A stretch of DNA of 64,000 bases from an uncultured Actinomycetota bacterium (GTDB taxonomy: Bacteria; Actinomycetota; Actinomycetes; JACCUZ01). The notes beneath the pieces were generated by a model. The model made no database searches and was not told where the DNA came from. It saw only the letters and a list, made by a program, of their open reading frames with translations. Within the stretch, counting starts at the first letter, position 1. Every line of letters starts with the position of its first letter. Below are positions 37,206 through 47,932 of the stretch, one piece after another. The position numbers and the translations under genes were made by a program. The stretch lies in NCBI GenBank assembly GCA_963846525.1, contig CAWJWE010000001.1, forward strand, positions 164,192 to 228,191. Direction: 5' to 3'.

Positions 37206-38283
37206 GATGACACCTTCCCGAACACGTCGGCCAGCAGGTCCTCGTCGGGGCCGTCGAGCCGGCCCGGCCGCCCGATCCCGTCGAGCACGACGAACCGCAG
37301 CACCGCGCCGCGGGCCTTCTTGTCCACCCTCATGGCGGCGAGCAGCTCCGGCCACCGGGCCCGGTCGTAGGAGGTCGGCAGCCCGAGCCCGGCGAGCAGG
37401 TCGCGGTGGCGCGCGACGTCGCCGGCGTCCAGGCGACCGACCGCGTGGGCCAGCTCCGCGGCGAACACCAGTCCGACCGACACCGCCTCGCCGTGCCGCC
37501 ACCGGAAGTCCTCGACCTTCTCGATCGCGTGCCCGAGGGTGTGCCCGTAGTTGAGGATCTCGCGCAGGCCGGACTCGCGCAGGTCCTGCGACACGACGTC
37601 GGCCTTCACCCGGATCGAGCGCTCCACCACCTCGCGCAGGGCAGCGGAACCGGGCTCGAGCACCCGCTCGCCCTCCTGCTCGACCACCTCGAGGATGCGC
37701 GGGTCGGCCACCAGCCCGGCCTTGACCACCTCGGCCATCCCGCTGACCAGCTCCGCCGGCGGGCAGCGTGGCGAGGACGGCCAGGTCGCACAGGACGCCC
37801 GCCGGCGGGTGGAACGCACCGACCAGGTTCTTGCCCTCGGCCGTGTTGACGCCGGTCTTGCCGCCGACCGCGGCGTCGACCATGCCGAGCAGGGTGGTCG
37901 GCACCTGCACGACCCGCACCCCACGCAGCCAGCCCGCGGCGACATAGCCCGCGAGGTCGGTGACCGCTCCCCCGCCCAGCCCCACGACGACGTCACTGCG
38001 GGTGAAGGCACGCCGGCCGAGCAGCGACCACAGGGCCGCGGCGACGTCGAGCGTCTTGGCGGCCTCGCCGTCCGGGACTGCGGCGAGCACGACCGCCTTG
38101 CCGTCCGCGAGCAGTTGGCGCTCCACGTCCGCGGCAAGGTCGGACAGCGAGCCCGGGTGCACCACCAGGACCTGCTCGGCGGCTGACCCGACCAGCGCGC
38201 CGAGCTGGCCGAGGACGCCGCTCGCCGACCACCACGTCGTACGCCGATTCGCCGGCGACCGTGATCCGGGTGGGCTCGGTCAC
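37202..38283 (-). CDS. aroB: 3-dehydroquinate synthase (about 2 frameshifts, near 38215 and 37760)
   Basis: Three frames supply [20 protein letters not shown], then [46 protein letters not shown], then [11 protein letters not shown]...[12 protein letters not shown]. Confidence 0.9.
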
Positions 38284-38783
38284 GGTCCGGCCCAGCGCAC
38301 GATCTCGTCGGCGACCTCGTCGGGAGTCCGGCCGTCGGTCAGCACGGTCACCGAGGCGACCTCCTCGTAGAGCGGGCGGCGGGCCGCCATCAGCCTGATC
38401 CACTGCGCCCGCGGGTTGCCGATCAGCAGCGGCCGGTCCCGGTTCAGCCCGATCCGCCGGGCGGCGTCCTTGATGCCGACGTCGAGGAAGACGACCGGTC
38501 GGCCGGCCAGCAGACCGCGGGTCCCCGGGTCGAGGACCGCGCCGCCGCCGACCGCGAGCACCCCGTCGTGCTCGGCGAGGGCGGTCGCCACCGCGGCCCG
38601 CTCGAGGTCCCGGAAGTGCTCCTCGCCGTGCTCGACGAAGAGGTCCGCGATGCTGCTGCCCGTCGTGACCTCGACGTCGTCGTCGGTGTCGCGGGACGCC
38701 ACCCCGAGCCGGTCGGCCACGGCCCGGGCGGCCGTCGACTTGCCCGACCCGGGCGGTCCCACCAGCACGACGACCGGCGCCAC
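38280..38783 (-). CDS. aroK: Shikimate kinase
   Basis: Intact 167-aa ORF with a GTG start. [23 protein letters not shown]...RDTD matches AroK. Confidence 0.95.
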   Translation of the reverse strand: MAPVVVLVGPPGSGKSTAARAVADRLGVASRDTDDDVEVTTGSSIADLFVEHGEEHFRDLERAAVATALAEHDGVLAVGGGAVLDPGTRGLLAGRPVVFLDVGIKDAARRIGLNRDRPLLIGNPRAQWIRLMAARRPLYEEVASVTVLTDGRTPDEVADEIVRWAGP

Positions 38784-39966
38784 TCAGGTCACCTGCAGGT
38801 GGGCCGAGGTAGGCCGCGGCGTTGCGCGCGGTCTCGGTCACCGAGTCGCCGCCGAACTTCTCCAGCACGACGTCGGCCAGCACCAGCGCCACCATCGCCT
38901 CGGCCACGATGCCGGCCGCGGGCACCGCGCACACGTCGCTGCGCTGGCTGATCGCCCGGGCCGGCTCGCCGGTGGCGACATCGACGGTGTCGAGGGCCCG
39001 GGGACGGTCGAGATCGGTTTCATGGCAGCCCGGACGCGCAGCGGCTCGCCGGTGGTCATGCCGCCCTCGACCCCGCCGGCCCGGGCGGTGCGCCGGTGCA
39101 GCCCGCCGTCGGCACCGCGCTCGATCTCGTCGTGGGCCTGCGAGCCACGACGCGCCGCGCTGTCGAAGCCGTCGCCCAGGGCGACGCCCTTGATCGCCTG
39201 GATGCCCATCAGCGCACCGGCCAGCCGGGAGTCCAGCCGCCGGTCCCAGTGGACGTGGCTGCCCAGCCCCGGCGGGAGTCCGTAGGCGAGGACCTCGACG
39301 ACGCCGCCGAGGGTGTCGCCGTCCTTCTGCGCCGCGTCGATCTCGGCCACCATGGCCGCGCTCGCGGCCGGGTCGAGGCAGCGGACCGGGTCGGCGTCCA
39401 GCCGCTCGACGTCGTCCGGCTCGGGCCACGACGCCGTCGGGGGCGGTCGCGCCGCCGATGGCGACGACGTGGGAGACCAGCCGGGCGCCGACGGCCTGGG
39501 CGAGGAACGCCTGGGCCACTGCGCCGAGCGCGACCCGGGCCGCCGTCTCGCGGGCGCTCGCCCGCTCGAGCACCGGACGGGCGTCGTCGAACCCGTACTT
39601 CTGCATGCCGGCGAGGTCCGCGTGGCCCGGTCGCGGTCGGGTCAGCGGGGCGTTGCGGGCGAGGCCGGCCAGGGTCTCGGCCGGCACCGGGTCGGCGCTC
39701 ATGACCTGCTGCCACTTCGGCCACTCGGTGTTGCCGATCCGGATGGCGACCGGGCCACCCTGGGTGAGCCCGTGCCGCACGCCGCCGAGCAGCTCGACGT
39801 CGTCCCGCTCGAAGGTCATCCGCGCGCCGCGGCCGTGGCCGAGCCGACGCCGCGCGAGCGCGTCGGCGAGGTCGTCGGTCGTGACCGCGACCCCGGCGGG
39901 CAGCCCTTCCAGGGTGGCGAGCAGGGCAGGGCCGTGCGACTCCCCCGCGGTCAGCCAGCGCAGCAT
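38784..39966 (-). CDS. aroC: Chorismate synthase (several frameshifts)
   Basis: The gene starts [25 protein letters not shown]...[12 protein letters not shown]. Later pieces read [30 protein letters not shown] and [26 protein letters not shown]. The stop at 38784-38786 is reached after removing one base near 38803. Confidence 0.9.
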
Positions 39967-40048
39967 GCGCCGAATCCTCGCAGACGGGGCCGGACGCACC
40001 GGTGGCCTGCCCGGAGTCCGGGCAGGCCACCAGTCGTGCGACCGAGGA

Positions 40049-40716
40049 TCAGGCGATGGTGAGTCGCTTGTTCCCCAGGACGTTGAACCGCTCCTCGCCG
40101 TACTGGAAGGAGTTGCTGGCGCCACTGATCGAGACGCACCTTGAAGAAGCTGGCGAAGACCTCGCCGGCCCGCAGGTTGGCGTACCGCTTGCCGTCCACC
40201 TTGACGGTGATCGTGCTGTTGTCCGGGGCGACGCTCGACGACGCGGAACGAGTGCGGCGAGGTCGCGGCCGGGCGTGCGCGTCGCCGCCGGTGGTGCCTG
40301 CGCGTCGGTGCCGCCGGCGACGTGCCGCCGGTCGGTCGACGGCGAGGCCGTGACCGGGGTCGCCACGGCGACCGGGCGCTGCCACGACGCCGGCGCCTCG
40401 ACGATGAGCGCCTTGAACGGGTCACGCCCGAACGACTTGGCGTTCAGCCGCTGCTGGGGTGCAGTCGCCGGGGGCCTCGACGGCGTCGCTCGGTGCTGCC
40501 GGCGACCACCGGGGTCGAGCGCGGCTGTCGGCCGCGGGCTCCGCGTCGCCGCCGGCGAAGAACAGGAAGTACGCCAGGATCGCCAGCAGCACGACGCCGG
40601 CGACGCCACCGAGCAGGAGCAGCCGGGACCTGTCCGATGACGGCGGGCTCGTCTCGAGTGCCGGACTCGGGTGGCGGCGCGGTGGCACTGTCGAAGGGAA
40701 CGCTCGACTCACTCAT
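40049..40716 (-). CDS. Pilus-locus membrane protein of unknown family, in the PilP position (several frameshifts)
   Basis: Pieces from three frames give MSESSVPFDSATAPPPES..., a TM segment (LLLLGGVAGVVLLAILAYFLFF), a Pro/Ala-rich linker, FGRDPFKALIV and TITVKVDGKRYANLRAGEVFASFFK...NSFQYGEERFNVLGNKRLTIA. It sits directly downstream of pilO. Confidence 0.45.
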
Positions 40717-40725
40717 GCGTGACTC

Positions 40726-41464
40726 CTACTGGCCGGTGGTCGTCGCCGGAGCGGCGATCGCCGTGGTGGTCGGGGCGGCTGCTGCCGGCTGGCTGAGGAA
40801 CACCCGGCCGGTCAGGGCGATCGTGAGGTTGTCCGGCCGTGGTCCTTCCGCGGCGGCCGTGCGTCCGGCGCCGAGCGTGAAGCCACTGACCAGGAACGAG
40901 CGCCGGAAGTTCTCGACCTTGTTGAGGAACTGCTCGAGCTCGAAGTAGCGTCCCGGTCACGTTCACCGTGAGCGGCACCTGGTACAGCGTCCGCGACGGG
41001 CGGCCGGCGCAGCCGGGGTCGTCGTCGCGGCCGCGTCGGTGCCGGTGCGGCGTCGGTGCCCGCTGCGGCGTCGGTGCCCTCGGCGGGCGGCGCCACCGGA
41101 GCGCGACCAGACCGGGTGCGACCAGTGCCACCGGGACCGCCGGGGACATCGAGTCGATGCTCACCCCGGTCTTGCGGCCGGCGGCCGTGAGGTCACGGAT
41201 CAGGGACGGCAGGGCCGGGTTGTCCGGGATCTGGCGGCGCAGGGTGGCCAGCCGGGCTCGCTGCCGGGGCAGGTCCTCCTGCTGTGCCTTGAGGACCTGG
41301 ATCTGCTGCTCCAGACGGGCGTTCGCGTCCGCCCGGCTGACCGCTTTGCCCTTGAGCTCGGCGGCCTCGCTGCGCTTCGGCGAGATCAGCAGGAACCAGC
41401 TGGCCGCGAAGATCGCGGCCACGAGGACGACGGCAAGCGCCGACCACTTTCGGGTGTCGGTCAT
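40726..41464 (-). CDS. pilO: Type IV pilus assembly protein PilO-like (at least 1 frameshift near 40950)
   Basis: It has an N-terminal TM segment and a coiled coil (AELKGKAVSRADANARLEQQIQVLKAQQEDLPRQRARLATLRRQIPDNPALPSLIRDL). The C-terminus TLYQVPLTVNVTG then RYFELEQFLNKVENFRRSFLVSGFTLG is recovered after a shift. Confidence 0.7.
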
Positions 41465-41465
41465 G

Positions 41466-42156
41466 TCAGCTGCCCGCCTTGTCGGTGTAGCGGCCGGAGA
41501 GCAGGTCCTCGGTGACGACGACCTGGCTGTCGAAGGTCACCGAGTCCTCGGTGCCGATCTGCTCCTGAGCCGACTTGGTGAAGTAGGGGTCGGCCAGACC
41601 CGGTCGCCCGGTCAGCGACTTGAGCCAGGCAGCCACGTCGTTGTGCGTGTAGCCCTTGCCCTGGAACGTCACGGTCCCGATGCCGGCCGTGCCGTAGCCG
41701 GTGGCGGCGCCGGCCACCGGCGCGGCAGCGACGGCGCGCGTCGACCTGCTCGGTCGCGGTCGATCTGGGTCAGCCAGACCTTGCCGGGCGTGTTCAGGCT
41801 GAGGTCGTTGAGGAAGTACGACCAGCGGATCTCCTTGGCCATGGCCTGGCTGAGCTCCGCCTCGCCGGCGTCCACGGCGGCGTAGACCGCCGGGACCTCG
41901 TCGTACTTGGCGGCCTCGGCCTGCAGCGCCGTCTGCCGGGCCTGCTCGGTGTCGAGCTGGTCCTGGGCGTCGGACGACCTGGCCGTTGGCGGCGAGCAGC
42001 AGGACGGCCGACGACGCCGAGCGCCGCGAGGACTCCGGCGCCCAGGCCGGTCTGCACCTTCTTGAAGCGCCGCTGCTCCTCGATCTCGGGCGGCAGCAGG
42101 TTCACCCGCGGAAGGGTGACCAGCCCGGTGCCCCGACCAGTGGTCAAGGTGCTCAT
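41466..42156 (-). CDS. pilN: Type IV pilus assembly protein PilN-like (at least 2 frameshifts)
   Basis: LPRVNLLPPEIEEQRRFKKVQTGLGAGVLAALGVVG shows the PilN N-terminal motif plus a TM segment. The periplasmic part reads IRWSYFLNDLSLNTPGKVWLTQI and GTVTFQGKGYTHNDVAAWLKSL. Its ATG overlaps the pilM stop. Confidence 0.7.
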
Positions 42157-43272
42157 GATGCGACTCCCAGGGCCAGGCCGACCGGCACTGCGGCCAGCGG
42201 CTCGACGAACGCGATCTGCTCGGGCGACAGGCCGGTGCGGCCCACCTGCAGGCTGTGCATGGGGGTGCCGATCTGCACCGGCACCCGGGTCGTCACCTGG
42301 AGGCGCTGGGCGAGACCGCCGAGGCGTGCTCCCCCACCGGTGAGGACGAGACGCGAGATCGGCGCGGAGCCGCTCGACGCGAGGTAGTAGTCCAGCGAGC
42401 CGCGGACCTCGTCGACGAAGGCCGCTCCGACGGCCTCCACGACGCGGACGGCCGCCTGGACGTCCATCCCGTCGCCGGCGGTGCCGAGGGCCGAGCTGCT
42501 GCTTCATCGCCTCGGCCTGCTCCTGGGGGACACCCATCCGCTCGGCGACCGCGTCGGTGACGTCCTGGCCGCCCATGAGCAGGATGCGCACGAAGCGCGG
42601 GACCCCGCCCTGGTGGACCACGATGTTGGTGACCCGGGCACCCACGTCCACGAGCGCCTCGACCTCGGCACCCATGCCGAGGTGGTCGGCGTCGGCAAGC
42701 GAGCGGATGACCGCGAACGAGGTGAGGTCGACCATGACCGGGGAGAGCCCGGCCTTCTGGACCGCCTCGAGGCTGGCGTTGACCATGTCCCGGGAGGCCG
42801 CGACGAGCAGACCGCGCAGGATGCGGCTGCCGCCGTCGCCGGTGAGCTCCTCGAGCGGGTGGAAGTCGAGCACCGCCTGCTCCACGGGCATCGGCACGAA
42901 GTCCTGGACCTGGTAGGCGAGCGACGCCTTCAGCTCGTCGGCCGGCATCCAGGGCAGGTCGACCTGGCGCACGATGACCTTCTGGTTCGCGACGCCGATG
43001 ACGACCTTCTTGCTGCTGAACTTCGTGTGGGCCCAGAGCTGCTTGATGGCGGCGGCGACGGTGTCGGGGTCGACGACCTCGCCGTCCCGGACGGCACCTT
43101 CGGGAAGGGCCACCTGGCCGAACTTCTCGAGTGTGACCTGGTCCTTGCCGAACGAGAGCTCGGCGGCGCGCACGCCCGAGGTCCCGATGTCGAGACCGAT
43201 GGCGGATCGAACTGCCACGACGCTTCCCCTCCCAGAGGCGGCTTCTGCCGCGTGGTGACCCTTGTGGGTCAT
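42153..43272 (-). CDS. pilM: Type IV pilus assembly ATPase-fold protein PilM (one frameshift near 42480)
   Basis: IGLDIGTSGVRAAELSF...VVIGVANQKVIVRQVDLPWMPADELKASLAYQVQDFVPM...ALVDVGARVTNIVVHQGG then LVLTGGGARLGGLAQRL indicates an actin-like fold of PilM type. Confidence 0.85.
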
Positions 43273-43320
43273 GTCAAGAGAGGGGATCGGCCGGTTCCGG
43301 GCCGGGCTTGAGCCTTCGGC

Positions 43321-44120
43321 TCAGCCGAGAACGTTGTCGAGGTAAAGGTCTGCCAAAGCACCGCCCCACAGGATCGAGACGAGGGCGCCGGCCAGCATGT
43401 ACGGGCCGAACGGGATGCTCGACTTGCGCCCGGCCCGCCGGACCGCCATCAACAGCAGGCCCACCACACCGCCGAAGAGGAATCCCAGGAACGCGCCGAC
43501 GACCAGCTCGCCCCAGCCCAGCCAGCCGAGGTAGATCCCCAGCACGCCGGCCAGCTTGACGTCGCCGAAGCCCATCCCCGCGGGGTAGATCGAGCGCGAG
43601 CACGAAGTAGAAGCCGTACAGCGCCGCCATTCCGACGGCCGGCCCGCAGCAGGTCGTGCCGCACGGCCGTCCACCAGGGCCGCCGCGCCGAGCAGCACGC
43701 CGGCGACGAGGTAGGACGGCAGCACGAGGACGTTCGGCAGCCGCTTGAGGTCGATGTCGATCATCGCCAGGGCGACGCCGACCGCTCCCAGGTAGAGGAA
43801 GGCCGGCAGGTCGGGCTGCCAGCCCGATGCGCAGCGCGAGGACCGCGAAGACACCGCCGGTGCGCCAGCTCGACGAGGGGGTACCGGGCGAGATCGGCTC
43901 GCCGCAGTCGCGGCAGCGGCCACGCAGGAGCAGCCAGCTGAGCGACCGGCACGTTGTCCCGGGGCCGGACCGGCTGCTCGCATCCCGGGCAGTGCGACGG
44001 CGGGCGGACGACCGACTCGCCGCGCGGGACCCGCCAGATGACGACGTTGAGGAAGGACCCGACCAGCAGGCCGAGCACGAAGCTCGCTCCCGCGAGCGAC
44101 GCAGCGGCCACAGTCGTCAT
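43321..44120 (-). CDS. pilD: Prepilin peptidase PilD, A24 family (at least 2 frameshifts)
   Basis: The N-terminus reads LLVGSFLNVVIWRVPRGESVVRPPSHCPGCEQPVRPRDNVPV. The peptidase core reads ALAMIDIDLKRLPN...GMGFGDVKLAGVLGIYLGW...IPFGPYMLAGALV. Confidence 0.85.
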
Positions 44121-44190
44121 GTCCTTAATATCGTCACCACGTCTAAGGCCTGAAGGCTAATGGCGGCGGACGTGGGTCGAGCAGGGCCCG

Positions 44191-45504
44191 TCAGCGGTCG
44201 ACCTGGCGGTAGTCCGAGACCCGGAAGTCGTTCAGCAACGGGAAGTTGTCCGCCCAGCAGGCGTCCAGACGGATCTCGGCCGTGCCGTTGAACTTGTCGA
44301 GGTTCTTCGCGAAGACCGTGCCGGTGAACTTCGAGTTGCCGTTTCCGCGCAGCGTCCCGTCCGGCACGAACAGCGCCCCGACGACGTCCGCCCCCGCATT
44401 GATGCGAGCGTCGCCGCCTTCGATGATCACCACGATGGACCTCGTTCCGCAGGTCGCACTCGAGTAGCCCGTGATGGAGTTGAGGTTGACCTCGACGCCC
44501 GGGGCCACCTTGAAGTAGAGCACCGTGTTGGGGTAGTTCGCCGGGTTCGGCGACGTGTAGCTCGCCGTCGTGTAGTAGTTCCCCTGGCTCTTCGCCAACG
44601 CCTTCAACGCGGCGTACTGCTGCGGCTGGAGCCCTCGCGCGGTGAGTCCGAACGAGTCCTGCAGGTCCGTCAGCGTAAACTTCGTCGTCGTGAGGTTGTA
44701 GCAGGATCCAGGGGTCGCCTGGGGACCGCCGTAGGGAGTGGACACCGGGTACTCGGTGTTGCCGAAGCCGTAGCACTTGTTGACGTTGTTCAGGACATCG
44801 TTCGAGGCCGAGCACGCGCCGTTGCTCGAGGTCACGCCACCCGTGGTCTTGATGGAGGCCAAGCCGCCGTACCAGATGTCGTTGCCGGTGACCCCGGTGT
44901 GCTTCACGCCGCTGATGCAGCCGCTGGAGAAGATGGTCTCGTTGGTCACGTCCGCAGTACCGACAGCGACGACGCTGTCGGCGTAGACCCCGACCGGGTA
45001 GGTGAACGGCCGCGCTACGACTGTGGCTTCCACCGCTCGTACTCCGGCGGTGGAGACGCTGGTCGTGCCCTTCGACCTGATCCGGTAGACCGACTCGCGC
45101 GTGGTGGGCGGGGCCGCCTTGGCGACCCGCGAGATCCACACTGCGTACTGCTGCCCCCCCGCGCTCACCGTCTGGGCGTTCGCCGGCCCGTTCCACGCAC
45201 CGGTGCAGGCCGTGGCGCTCGTCCACGTGGTCCCGTTGAACGTGAGACCGGACTCGGGGCAGTTGATGCCACTGGCACCGCTGCGCAGGAACTCGATCCC
45301 GGCCGCGACGCCGGCGTCCGCGACGTCCAGCGCGATCGCGCCCTGCCGGTCGCGGTCCGCGTTCTGGCTGTTGGCGACCGCCATGACGGTGGCAGTGATG
45401 CCCAGACCGGACATCGTCGCCACCACCAGCATGACCACGACGATGGCGTTGCCGGCGTCCGCCGAAGCGGCGCGGACACGACGGATCAGGTGAGCGCTCA
45501 TCAT
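44191..45504 (-). CDS. PilX_N-like pilus assembly protein, 438 aa, Cys-rich
   Basis: Intact ORF. The N-terminus GNAIVVVMLVVATMSGLGITATVMAVANSQNADRDRQGAIALDVADAGVAAGIEFL resembles the PilX N-terminal domain, with no G/F cleavage motif. Ten Cys residues are spread through the rest. Its start overlaps the upstream stop (ATGA). Confidence 0.6.
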   Translation of the reverse strand: MMSAHLIRRVRAASADAGNAIVVVMLVVATMSGLGITATVMAVANSQNADRDRQGAIALDVADAGVAAGIEFLRSGASGINCPESGLTFNGTTWTSATACTGAWNGPANAQTVSAGGQQYAVWISRVAKAAPPTTRESVYRIRSKGTTSVSTAGVRAVEATVVARPFTYPVGVYADSVVAVGTADVTNETIFSSGCISGVKHTGVTGNDIWYGGLASIKTTGGVTSSNGACSASNDVLNNVNKCYGFGNTEYPVSTPYGGPQATPGSCYNLTTTKFTLTDLQDSFGLTARGLQPQQYAALKALAKSQGNYYTTASYTSPNPANYPNTVLYFKVAPGVEVNLNSITGYSSATCGTRSIVVIIEGGDARINAGADVVGALFVPDGTLRGNGNSKFTGTVFAKNLDKFNGTAEIRLDACWADNFPLLNDFRVSDYRQVDR

Positions 45505-46175
45505 GCCTTGTTCCTCATGTTGACTTGGGTCTCGTAGACCTGACGGCGGGCGCCGGTCAGGACCGTGAGCGAGATGGTCGCTCCGTTGATGTTGCGCAGC
45601 TCGATGGTGTCGAGCACACCATTCTGGTTGCCCACGCCGGCGGATAGCGGTGCGCAGTCGAGCTCCTGCCAGGTCACGACACCGTCCGGCGTCGGACTGG
45701 CGGCGCAGGCACCGTCGTACTGCCAGAGGTTGGACCGGGGCTGGATTGTGAGGCTCTGGACGTCGGAGGAGAGGATGGGCAGCGCGGCCGGGTTGTCGCA
45801 GGGGAACCCGCCTCCGACATCCGCCGTGAGGAGCAGCCTGCGGCCTGCTGTGTCCCAGCAGTAGGTCAGACGCTCGGGGTCGGCCGCGCTGGAGTCGATG
45901 CTGCCGTTGCCGTTGAAGTCGACCGTGAACGTCATCCCGGTGATCTGACCGCCCGTGATCTTGACCTCTTCGATCTCCGAGGCCTGACGCAGCTCGCGAG
46001 TGATCCGGTTCAGCGCGAGACGCGCCTGCTCGTTGAGGTCGTTGGTCTGGCGGGTGGTCTCGACGCTGCTGCTCGAGGTGGCGACGACCGTGGCGATCGC
46101 CGCGAGGATCACGAAGAACATCATCGACGCCACCAGAAGCTCGACCATGGTGAAACCTGAGTCGTCGCGCTTCAT
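45501..46175 (-). CDS. Minor pilin with prepilin-type N-terminal cleavage/methylation domain (PilW-like)
   Basis: Intact ORF. MKRDDSG/FTMVELLVASMMFFVILAAIATVV shows G-1, F+1 and E+5. It has ATGA overlaps on both sides. Confidence 0.7.
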   Translation of the reverse strand: MKRDDSGFTMVELLVASMMFFVILAAIATVVATSSSSVETTRQTNDLNEQARLALNRITRELRQASEIEEVKITGGQITGMTFTVDFNGNGSIDSSAADPERLTYCWDTAGRRLLLTADVGGGFPCDNPAALPILSSDVQSLTIQPRSNLWQYDGACAASPTPDGVVTWQELDCAPLSAGVGNQNGVLDTIELRNINGATISLTVLTGARRQVYETQVNMRNKA

Positions 46176-47932
46176 CGGTTGTCCTCTGCGTAGCAGGACA
46201 TCGGCGCGACCTGGACGGAGATGGCCGAGCCGGGGTCGCCCACCCGAGTAGGAACGGTGTTGAGCGTGATGATGCCGTCAGTAGTTCCGCGAGCGACGTT
46301 TCCTCCCGCACCGGTCAGGATGTCCAGGGTCGTGAGCGCCGTCCAGCTGGGGATGTACTCGCTCAGCCAATGGTCGGTCCCCGCCACGTTCGCGACCTTG
46401 ATGGTCGCCGGGTCGGGCAGTGCGCTGCCACCGTTCTGGACGGTGCCGACCAGCTGGTAGCTGCCGCTCTTCCAGGCGTAGACGTCGGCCTTGAAGGTTG
46501 CCGTCGCCGAGGGCGTCGTCCCGTCGGTGCTGCACTTCAGGACTGCTCCGTAGACCTGGATCTGGACGACCCCGCGCCCTGACGGTGTGAAGGTCGTCGG
46601 CATGACGTCGATGACCGATCCCGCCGCATGCGTCGACGGACACATTGCGCCAGCGGACCCGCAGGAGCCGGCCCAGGCGTTGACGGCGTGGGTCAGGCCG
46701 GACGTCTGCGTCGTCCACAGGCCGCCGAAGGCGGTGCCGTCCGCACTGCCTCCGGACGACGTGACCCCCAGCTGCTCCTTGGGCCGCAGCGTGACGAGAG
46801 GGACGTTGTTCTGAAGCATCAGGTCGATGCGGTCCGGCAGGTTCGCGAACCGGAACGCTGGTCGCCCTGCTCCCCCTGCGCCGTTCACGGAGGCGAAGAT
46901 GGGGTTGCCCGTCCCATCTGCGGCGTAGCCGACGAGCGGCAGTGCGCGGTCGACCTTGAGGGATCCCCCGGTCACGACGGTCTTGCCGAAGCAGACCGTG
47001 TTGCAACCAGTGCCCTGAAGGTCGCCACCGCTGGTGTCCGTCACGGTGGGGACGGTCTGGGACGGGGGCGCGTTGCCCGAGCTTCGGGCTCCTTGGACAT
47101 TGATGCCCGGGGTCATCGCCACCGAGGCTCCGAGCGCGTCGACCGAGGAGGTGATGCCGGCAGCCGCCGAACCGTCTGCGTTGACGCTGGCAAGGTCCGC
47201 CGTGACCTGGACGCCGCCGGGCAGGGTGCTGGCCACCTTGAGCAGCTCGGCTCGCGCCTGGCCATTCACCAGTGGCTTGGTCGGCTGCGCCTGGTCGATC
47301 CGGGTGTACGTCTTGTGCGACCGGACCTTGCCGTACCGCGTCCACACGACCTGGACGGTGACCGCCATGACGGTGCTCGGGACCTCGTCCAGACCCGCCG
47401 TGTTCTGGTAGGCGTAGCCGGCCTGGGGGGCCACCGCAGCACCGGCGCCGGTGAGGAACTGGGCGACGACGAGAATCCGATAGGTCGAGCCCTCGCCCGG
47501 GAGAGTGCGGCTGCGAACGGTTCGGTAGAAGTCGCCGGCCGGGTCCCCGGGGGCGCGACCGGCGACCGCCGCCGCCGACACGTAGCCCGTGCTGACGTTG
47601 GCGATCGTCGTCCCGGTCGCCACCGGCGTCAGGGACGGAAAGTAGTTGTCGACGAGGTCGACCTTCGCAGCCGGCGCCGCCGCACCGGTGGCGTCGCGCT
47701 GGTTGGAGGCATCCACGTGGAACGGGAGCTGGCGCATGCCCTCCACCTGGTCTTGCGCCAGGTTCCGGGCCTGGGTCGCGGTCTTGGCGAAGACCGACGC
47801 CTTGGTCATGCTCAGGAACATCGGGATCAGCGCCATCACGGCGATGCTGAAGATCATCATCGCGATGAGCAGCTCGACGAGGGTGAAGCCCTCGTCTCCC
47901 TCACGACGACCAGCGAGCTTGTTCATCAGCAT
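46172..47932 (-). CDS. Giant minor pilin (586 aa) with PilV-like N-terminus
   Basis: Intact ORF. MLMNKLAGRREGDEG/FTLVELLIAMMIFSIAVMALIPMF...ARNLAQDQVEGMRQLPF is followed by about 500 aa of Gly/Thr/Ser/Ala-rich sequence that matches no family I recognise. Confidence 0.7.
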   Translation of the reverse strand: MLMNKLAGRREGDEGFTLVELLIAMMIFSIAVMALIPMFLSMTKASVFAKTATQARNLAQDQVEGMRQLPFHVDASNQRDATGAAAPAAKVDLVDNYFPSLTPVATGTTIANVSTGYVSAAAVAGRAPGDPAGDFYRTVRSRTLPGEGSTYRILVVAQFLTGAGAAVAPQAGYAYQNTAGLDEVPSTVMAVTVQVVWTRYGKVRSHKTYTRIDQAQPTKPLVNGQARAELLKVASTLPGGVQVTADLASVNADGSAAAGITSSVDALGASVAMTPGINVQGARSSGNAPPSQTVPTVTDTSGGDLQGTGCNTVCFGKTVVTGGSLKVDRALPLVGYAADGTGNPIFASVNGAGGAGRPAFRFANLPDRIDLMLQNNVPLVTLRPKEQLGVTSSGGSADGTAFGGLWTTQTSGLTHAVNAWAGSCGSAGAMCPSTHAAGSVIDVMPTTFTPSGRGVVQIQVYGAVLKCSTDGTTPSATATFKADVYAWKSGSYQLVGTVQNGGSALPDPATIKVANVAGTDHWLSEYIPSWTALTTLDILTGAGGNVARGTTDGIITLNTVPTRVGDPGSAISVQVAPMSCYAEDNR

